Shown in pieces: positions 23,021 to 28,010 of a DNA stretch of 28,010 nucleotides. This stretch comes from a virus (taxonomy: Duplodnaviria; Heunggongvirae; Uroviricota; Caudoviricetes): IMG/VR virus record IMGVR_UViG_3300017650_000002; one strand, written 5' to 3'. The notes below the pieces were generated by a model. It saw nothing but the letters and a program-made list of their open reading frames with translations. It did not search any database and was not told the origin of the DNA. The translations under genes and the position numbers were made by a program. Each line of letters starts with the position of its first letter. Position 1 is the first letter of the stretch.

Positions 23021-23281
23021 ATGAATCGTACTCAGTTGGTTATGAAAGCTATCGGGTGGCAGGGCGGTACTGTGCACGCGCTTTGCGCTCATCTTGGTAT
23101 TGATGTGCAGGAGTTCTTGTATAGCCAGCCCCGACACACTTGTACAGGGTCGTCGTATAACTCGGGGCTATATTGGAATACGAATAGCCCTGAGCATCAA
23201 AAGAAACTGCAAGAGGTTTACAGGGGGAATAAAGATTATTGGCTTGGGGTTGCCCGCTGCATGGAAATGTTGGAGAAATAA
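23021..23281 (+). CDS. Hypothetical protein (86 aa)
   Basis: AGGA RBS; first gene after the non-coding region. Confidence 0.8.
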   Translation: MNRTQLVMKAIGWQGGTVHALCAHLGIDVQEFLYSQPRHTCTGSSYNSGLYWNTNSPEHQKKLQEVYRGNKDYWLGVARCMEMLEK

Positions 23282-23300
23282 AATTTTACAATTAACCCTG

Positions 23301-23329
23301 TTGACACGGGGCTCTCTGTTTCCTACAAT
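23301..23329 (+). promoter_or_regulatory. Early sigma70 promoter with AT-rich UP-like tract
   Basis: TTGACA-17 bp-TACAAT; TTGACACGGGGCT shared with the 25624 promoter. Confidence 0.85.
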
Positions 23330-23358
23330 ACTTTCATTAACTCTAAGACAGGCAAAAG

Positions 23359-23587
23359 ATGAAAACTACCAAGCAAATTCAGTCAATGCTCAGTGAGGGC
23401 CAACTGAACGAAGCCTACAAAGACGTTCGCCGGTATGGAACCATCGCACATGACAAGGAGTGGGAAGAAACTACAGGACACTACAAAGGTTTTAACCGTA
23501 TCCTGGTTATCGTTTTTCGATGACGTAGAATACACGTTTGAATTGCTGAATGGTGAAGTACGCAGCATTGACCACAAGGAGATTTAA
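23359..23587 (+). pseudogene. Small early protein with an apparent extra T at 23513-23517
   Basis: Removing one T gives a 75-aa ORF (...GFNRILVIVFDDVEYTFELLNGEVRSIDHKEI*) ending 2 nt before the next ATG. Confidence 0.7.
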
Positions 23588-23589
23588 CA

Positions 23590-23793
23590 ATGTTGATTCT
23601 AGGCAGTAGGGAAGCAAAGGAAGTGCAGAACGACATTTCCTATGATCCTGGATTGACGTTTGCCCGAAAATTTAAGTCCGGAATTCTGGTAGAATACTTT
23701 AAAGACGGTAGTTTGTTTATCTGCAATAATTTAGGGTACGAGCATTACAACTCTTTTGAAGAGTTTCAAGACCACTACACCTTTCTACTGTGA
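23590..23793 (+). CDS. Hypothetical protein (67 aa)
   Basis: AAGGAG RBS. Confidence 0.75.
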   Translation: MLILGSREAKEVQNDISYDPGLTFARKFKSGILVEYFKDGSLFICNNLGYEHYNSFEEFQDHYTFLL

Positions 23794-23800
23794 GGATCAA

Positions 23801-24022
23801 ATGTTTAGTATGGGGCAATACGTAGAACTGAAAGATGGCCTTAACTTCTACCAAATTATAGAAGTGTCAGGGGGTTTGTGTCTGTTGGTTTGCGAAGGGT
23901 TTGTTTGCCCTGATGATTTGGGGGACGAGATTTGGTGTACCAGAGAGAATCAGCGCATTTGGGTTGCTATGGGCCACCATGGGTACAAGTTTCAGGATGC
24001 AAGTTATAGACTAGAGGTTTAG
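23801..24022 (+). CDS. Hypothetical protein (73 aa)
   Basis: GAGGA RBS before ATG 23801. Confidence 0.7.
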   Translation: MFSMGQYVELKDGLNFYQIIEVSGGLCLLVCEGFVCPDDLGDEIWCTRENQRIWVAMGHHGYKFQDASYRLEV

Positions 24023-24023
24023 A

Positions 24024-24215
24024 TTGACACCCCATGAGAGAGGATTTTACGCATGTGTTGAATCAGGTGTTGACAATAGGTTAGACATCGCGATAGAATG
24101 CAACCCATTCAACCGGCATACGTCCGACTCGGTAGAGTTTTATCGGGGATGGAAAGAGGCGCAAGGCAAAGACTTTATGACATTTAAGGGAAAGAAAAAT
24201 GCCAATCAAGATTAG
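24024..24215 (+). CDS. Hypothetical protein (63 aa), NPF...GW pattern
   Basis: TTG start with GAGG RBS. Confidence 0.6.
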   Translation: MTPHERGFYACVESGVDNRLDIAIECNPFNRHTSDSVEFYRGWKEAQGKDFMTFKGKKNANQD

Positions 24216-24507
24216 CAAAACCTATGAGATTGTCACTCATGATAGTGCAGAGAATGGGGATACGTCGGAGTCCGGATTCATATGTGAAGATGCTGAGTAT
24301 TCTTTTTCGGAACTGGTATACGCGATGGAAAGGGAAGGATTCTATAAACCCAATCGCTCCCATGGGTGTCCTGACTGGGTTTCCACCTATCCCGAACAAA
24401 ATTTCAGGGATGGTAGCTACACTATCTACTCCCTACACCCAGGTAAAGATGCTCGTAGTCTCAGGTACTGGGAGAAAGCCTGTAAAGCGGCCGGAGTCAT
24501 CAAATGA
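24199..24507 (+). CDS. Conserved phage hypothetical protein (102 aa)
   Basis: TYEIVT.DSAENGD..ESGF pattern; AAGG RBS. Confidence 0.8.
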   Translation: MPIKISKTYEIVTHDSAENGDTSESGFICEDAEYSFSELVYAMEREGFYKPNRSHGCPDWVSTYPEQNFRDGSYTIYSLHPGKDARSLRYWEKACKAAGVIK

Positions 24508-24713
24508 GAAACTATACTTTCACGGCAGGGGCACTCTGGAGGGGAGTGTTTCGTAGGGGCCTGGAGGATGCAAGGTTTAAATACCCTGACGATATCAGCT
24601 GGCTAGAGCAGAAGGGTTGGCTAGACAGTCAATTTACGGTAAGGGTTTCTGATAGGCTTGCATCAGGCTTTGAACTGTGGCATAATGAAATTTCTAAACA
24701 AATCTCAAACTGA
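24504..24713 (+). CDS. Hypothetical protein (69 aa)
   Basis: ATGA overlap. Confidence 0.75.
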   Translation: MRNYTFTAGALWRGVFRRGLEDARFKYPDDISWLEQKGWLDSQFTVRVSDRLASGFELWHNEISKQISN

Positions 24714-24720
24714 GGGAATT

Positions 24721-24840
24721 ATGAGTAAAGAAGATTACCAGTACGAACAACAGAAGCGCCAGCAACGTAAGCAGGCAAAAGCTTTTAAGCAAAACCGACG
24801 AAGCAAGCGCGATCAGTGGACTAGCCGCGAAAAGGAGTGA
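24721..24840 (+). CDS. Small basic protein (39 aa)
   Basis: GAGG RBS before ATG 24721; rich in K/R/Q. Confidence 0.65.
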   Translation: MSKEDYQYEQQKRQQRKQAKAFKQNRRSKRDQWTSREKE

Positions 24841-24843
24841 GAA

Positions 24844-24990
24844 ATGCTGCCGGTGGATCCCTATAGGGATCTTGCATCTAAAATATTCGGGTTGCCCTAC
24901 GATCAAGTGACAGCGCAACAGAGGCATGATGCTAAGGTTGCCTATTATATGTATAATCCTGAAAATCCTAAACTTAGGACGAGCGAATGA
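24844..24990 (+). CDS. 48-aa protein resembling the Pol I fingers (helices N-O, motif B)
   Basis: AAGGAG RBS; DPYRDLASKIFGLPYDQVTAQQRHDAKVAYY. Confidence 0.7.
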   Translation: MLPVDPYRDLASKIFGLPYDQVTAQQRHDAKVAYYMYNPENPKLRTSE

Positions 24991-25259
24991 ACAAAGCCAT
25001 TAAAGCCCTTTTGGACGCAAGCGAGGGTAAGTTTGTGTCCGTTGATTTCGTCAAAAATGACGGATCGCCGCGTACCATCTCCGGCAAGCTGGCCCCAGTC
25101 AGCCCCAGCATGAAAAATCATGATCAGTACATCAACATCATGCTTTCTCAGAAGGATGATAAGGGGCGTGTGCAATACCGGAACGTAAACACTAATACGG
25201 TAGCTTGTATCCGCATGGATAAGCAAGTAATCACTGTAGAGCATACCCAAAAGGCCTAA
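24987..25259 (+). CDS. SH3/WYL-like beta protein (90 aa)
   Basis: V.F.K.DGS.R...G and YR.VN pattern; ATGA overlap. Confidence 0.6.
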   Translation: MNKAIKALLDASEGKFVSVDFVKNDGSPRTISGKLAPVSPSMKNHDQYINIMLSQKDDKGRVQYRNVNTNTVACIRMDKQVITVEHTQKA

Positions 25260-25369
25260 TGAGGGTTTTTATTCTACTTGTTGCAGCTGGGCTACTGCTG
25301 CGTGTACACCCTGTACTGTCTGCCGTCCCTATGTGGATAATGCTTACAGGGATAGGGATTAAACGATAG
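25259..25369 (+). CDS. Small hydrophobic peptide (36 aa)
   Basis: TAATG coupling; fills the gap. Confidence 0.5.
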   Translation: MRVFILLVAAGLLLRVHPVLSAVPMWIMLTGIGIKR

Positions 25370-25372
25370 GAG

Positions 25373-25588
25373 ATGGAAATGGTTACCAAGGAACAAATGA
25401 TCCTGGGTGTTAAATTTGTGTCCAATGAGGATAAAGGCATTTTTACCGTGTCCGTCCCAGACTTCGATGAGCGTACAGGGGATGATCAATTTACGACCTG
25501 GGCCGGTGACGAAGCGGTTTATGCCCGATACTCTGACGGAAATATAGGAATTTTCCTATTGTCTGAGGTGATTTTGATCCTAGACTAA
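25373..25588 (+). CDS. Hypothetical protein (71 aa)
   Basis: AGGAG RBS. Confidence 0.75.
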   Translation: MEMVTKEQMILGVKFVSNEDKGIFTVSVPDFDERTGDDQFTTWAGDEAVYARYSDGNIGIFLLSEVILILD

Positions 25589-25616
25589 AGATAAAGAGAT
25601 ACAATCTTTTACACAT

Positions 25617-25652
25617 AGCCCCGTTGACACGGGGCTTTTTGTTATCTAAAAT
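25617..25652 (+). promoter_or_regulatory. Terminator/promoter cassette; the -35 forms the hairpin loop
   Basis: AGCCCCG-TTGACA-CGGGGCT-TTTT; TTGACA-17 bp-TAAAAT. Confidence 0.85.
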
Positions 25653-25694
25653 TCTCTTATTACATAACGGTGCACACAACCCAGAGAGGTAAGC

Positions 25695-25964
25695 ATGAGT
25701 AAAAAGTTCGATGTTTTCGCTTTTAACAAAGCCCTGGCCGATGGTCCCTATACTTGTCCCGGTGGATATCCGGTTTACTTTGTTTGTGAGGATGGTGATA
25801 TACTTTCCTTCAAAGCGGCAGAGGATAACGCTCACTTCATCCGGGACGATATAGTCTCCGGTTTTGGTTGCTGGAATTTGATAGGTGTTGCTATTAACTG
25901 GGAAGATGGATTTTTGTTTTGTTCACACACTGGGGAACAAATCCAGTCAGCTTACGGGGAATGA
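25695..25964 (+). CDS. Conserved phage hypothetical protein (89 aa)
   Basis: GGYP.YF...DG..L....INWED..L.C.HTG..I.SAYG pattern; GAGG RBS. Confidence 0.85.
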   Translation: MSKKFDVFAFNKALADGPYTCPGGYPVYFVCEDGDILSFKAAEDNAHFIRDDIVSGFGCWNLIGVAINWEDGFLFCSHTGEQIQSAYGE

Positions 25965-26050
25965 CCATGTACTACCTTGTCGGAATGTTGTTTATCCTGT
26001 CTTGTGCCTTCGGGCTTTTCTTTAGTGTTTTGATGGGGAACCAGAAATAA
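25961..26050 (+). CDS. Small membrane peptide (29 aa)
   Basis: ATGA overlap; single hydrophobic helix. Confidence 0.45.
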   Translation: MTMYYLVGMLFILSCAFGLFFSVLMGNQK

Positions 26051-26070
26051 AGAGTTACAATTTTCCAATT

Positions 26071-26099
26071 TGACAACCTGAAATTTCCACTCTATAATT
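26071..26099 (+). promoter_or_regulatory. Early sigma70 promoter, perfect consensus
   Basis: TTGACA-17 bp-TATAAT. Confidence 0.9.
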
Positions 26100-26143
26100 C
26101 TTTTACTGCTTCACAACGAAGCCCTTTAACGAGAAAACTGATT

Positions 26144-26575
26144 ATGACCGTCGAATCCGCTATTGATTTTACTGACTCCCGCATCATGGTTGAAGATATT
26201 ACAGACCGTGTAGAAGAACTTCGGGATAACATCGAATGCTATGAAAACGAAGGTGGAGACCTTGAAAAGCATGATGAACACCTGGACGAAAAGGCAGAAC
26301 TTGTCATGTTGGAGGGGATTCTGGATGAATTGCGCGGAAATGGTGGCGATCATCAATGGGAGGGAAATTGGTATCCGCAAGAATTGATTGCGGGATCTGC
26401 CTTTGTTGATTACATCACTGATTTGATTGATGAATGTTACGAAATGCCTAAAGAAATCAATTCGGGAGATTGGCCCTACCGTCATATGTCGATTGACTAC
26501 GAATCGGCAGCCAAAGAGGCTGAGCAAGACTATACGACCATCGAAATCGACGGCAACGATTTTTTCTACCGCTAA
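26144..26575 (+). CDS. Highly acidic protein, ArdA-like antirestriction/DNA-mimic candidate
   Basis: About 40 D/E versus about 10 K/R in 143 aa (hand count); C-terminal IDYESAAKEAEQDY..IEIDG..FFYR resembles the ArdA C-terminus. Confidence 0.65.
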   Translation: MTVESAIDFTDSRIMVEDITDRVEELRDNIECYENEGGDLEKHDEHLDEKAELVMLEGILDELRGNGGDHQWEGNWYPQELIAGSAFVDYITDLIDECYEMPKEINSGDWPYRHMSIDYESAAKEAEQDYTTIEIDGNDFFYR

Positions 26576-26721
26576 TGAAAAGTTTCTATTACAAGGGTTG
26601 GACGATTCGGTATAATGAATCGTTCCCATTCCCTAACAAGTGGGAAGCAACGAAGACCGGACAAGCCCCGATTCATGGGGCAAGTGTCGGACACGTCGAA
26701 ACCAAAATAGACAAGGCCTAA
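26575..26721 (+). CDS. Hypothetical protein (48 aa)
   Basis: TAATG coupling; MKSFYYKGWTIRY... Confidence 0.65.
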   Translation: MKSFYYKGWTIRYNESFPFPNKWEATKTGQAPIHGASVGHVETKIDKA

Positions 26722-26724
26722 GCC

Positions 26725-27039
26725 ATGACTGTACAATTCTTTAACGGAATCCCGGTTAGCCAACCTAACACCGTTAGCGAAACTAACCCTGATTTTTACG
26801 TGTCTTATAATCCGTCCCGCGCGGACTACGGCACGGATACAACGGCCCTAGTGATTCGGGAAACTTCCCAATTTCTTATCCTGGCTGGTAATCACTCCAA
26901 AGAATACAAGGGACTGACATTTAAAGAGTCTTTGTCCTACTTCTACGCCAATGTTTCTAAGGCTGTAAAGCAATCGGAGCATGGACAGGTGTTTAAGTTT
27001 GTGGATGGAAAACCGGCATACGTGCCGGGCGGATACTGA
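26725..27039 (+). CDS. Hypothetical protein (104 aa)
   Basis: AAGG RBS; F.VSYN...YG..TTALV pattern. Confidence 0.8.
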   Translation: MTVQFFNGIPVSQPNTVSETNPDFYVSYNPSRADYGTDTTALVIRETSQFLILAGNHSKEYKGLTFKESLSYFYANVSKAVKQSEHGQVFKFVDGKPAYVPGGY

Positions 27040-27089
27040 CCGTAGAACGTAAACGTTACACTCTTTTACACATTACCGGGTTTTTTGAA

Positions 27090-27118
27090 TTGACAAGCTA
27101 AAACAGCCCGGTTAACAT
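27090..27118 (+). promoter_or_regulatory. Early sigma70 promoter flanked by the inverted repeat ACCGGG/CCCGGT
   Basis: TTGACA-17 bp-TAACAT. Confidence 0.8.
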
Positions 27119-27168
27119 ATCTCTACTGGCTAACGACAGCCAGCAAACAAACACAAAGGAATACGATC

Positions 27169-27591
27169 ATGGCAAAGACCCGTCAAGACTTCTTCAATGA
27201 AGGCCAAGCTAACGCGGTGCTGATGAAAGCCACTAATCCCGATGATAAGCCCCTTTTCTGCAATTCAGGAAGTTGGCAGGCCAAAGCCTATGCTGAGGGC
27301 TGGACTGAAGGTTGTAAGGTTGTCCGCCTTGCTTCCCAAGCGCAAGACAGTATCAACCATGGCGATGTTGTCATGCCGGTGGAATACGAAGCCTTGAGCA
27401 AAGCTAAGGCCATGAAGCAACCCGCAACAACCATCCGTATGACACAAACGGCAAAGCAAACGGCAACCGCACATATCCGTTTCCTGGCCCTGCAAGCGGG
27501 CGCGGAAATCCATGCAGGCCGGAGTGGTGGAAAGCGCCACCTTCGCCTGAATGCCAAAGCTGCCCAGCTTTCCGCAAAGTGGGGTCTGTAA
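27169..27591 (+). CDS. Hypothetical protein (140 aa)
   Basis: AAGGA RBS downstream of the promoter. Confidence 0.8.
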   Translation: MAKTRQDFFNEGQANAVLMKATNPDDKPLFCNSGSWQAKAYAEGWTEGCKVVRLASQAQDSINHGDVVMPVEYEALSKAKAMKQPATTIRMTQTAKQTATAHIRFLALQAGAEIHAGRSGGKRHLRLNAKAAQLSAKWGL

Positions 27592-27824
27592 TGATTGTGG
27601 AACTCTCCATCACTTTGGCTATGCTTTCCAATCCCGTAAGTGCAAACAATGCTCCCTTGCACACTATTAAGCAGGAGTATGCAGCCCCTACGGCAGCACA
27701 AGCGTACAAACTTTGCGATGATGCCCTGTTCAAGATCGTGGATAGCATCGCGGCCCAATCTGAGTTGGAAGCCTTGGATGTAGTTATTGTCCAGGCCACT
27801 TGCAACACTACTTTGGAGGAATAA
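27591..27824 (+). CDS. Hypothetical protein (77 aa), possible N-terminal signal peptide
   Basis: TAATG coupling; LSITLAMLSNPVSA, two Cys. Confidence 0.7.
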   Translation: MIVELSITLAMLSNPVSANNAPLHTIKQEYAAPTAAQAYKLCDDALFKIVDSIAAQSELEALDVVIVQATCNTTLEE

Positions 27825-27953
27825 ATGAAACACATTGACTTTACGCCTTATCCTGGTATGCTATCCGGGTATGCTGAGGATGTGACAATCTTCGTCCGTG
27901 ATCCGCAAGGGATTATCTGGGAATCTTTCGAGGGAGTGTGGATAAATGCATGA
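27825..27953 (+). CDS. Hypothetical protein (42 aa)
   Basis: GGAGG RBS; also contains a TTGACT-16-TATGCT promoter-like sequence (27835-27862). Confidence 0.5.
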   Translation: MKHIDFTPYPGMLSGYAEDVTIFVRDPQGIIWESFEGVWINA

Positions 27954-28010
27954 ATATGAGGTAGGAGATAAGGTACGGTTTGTAAGTCGTAGCCAGGACG
28001 ACACGCGAGA
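27946..28010 (+). CDS. Hypothetical protein, 3' truncated by the window edge
   Basis: MHEYEVGDKVRFVS..., GGAG RBS. Confidence 0.6.
   Translation, partial: MHEYEVGDKVRFVSRSQDDTR

Noticed and set aside
323-27833. All minus-strand ORFs in the track (e.g. 824-1381, 14618-15064, 26126-26629, 27288-27833)
   Set aside because: They lie antisense to well-supported + strand genes or tRNAs, with no RBS or recognisable motifs.
852-27835. Overlapping + strand alternative-frame ORFs (852, 2965, 3525, 12297, 13401, 23094, 24224, 25292, 26427, 27404)
   Set aside because: Nested in genes with better RBS, coupling and motif support.

Overview
A 28 kb slice of a lytic dsDNA tailed-phage genome. All supported genes lie on the + strand. 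The gene order (family A DNA polymerase, SSB-like protein, 5'-3' exonuclease, HNH-type endonuclease, DnaQ/RNase H-like exonuclease, thioredoxin-like protein, ThyX, NrdB, NrdA) resembles PAK_P1-like Pseudomonas myoviruses; this assignment is inferred from recalled gene order, not from a search. Bases 1-22.5k hold the replication and nucleotide-metabolism module. It carries a LAGLIDADG intein in polymerase motif B, three free-standing homing endonucleases, a small tRNA cluster and an accessory operon with a 2OG-Fe(II) oxygenase and two nucleotidyltransferases. A 444-bp non-coding stretch (22577-23020) has a five-copy 20-bp repeat array and a leftward promoter. It is followed by short early-type genes under strong sigma70 promoters, which suggests the genome terminus or start lies here. 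The most unusual signal is in the tRNA cluster, where two non-canonical tRNA-like RNAs are co-transcribed with a normal tRNA-Arg(CCT). One has its anticodon arm extended into a long rod by a 59-nt insert. The other has a TCT anticodon but no D-arm. Also notable are a 48-aa early protein resembling the bacterial Pol I fingers (helix O), an ArdA-like acidic DNA mimic, a structured SSB leader, and promoter hexamers placed in terminator hairpin loops. Four single-base indels in three small genes may be sequencing errors. All calls were made by eye; no database searches were run.
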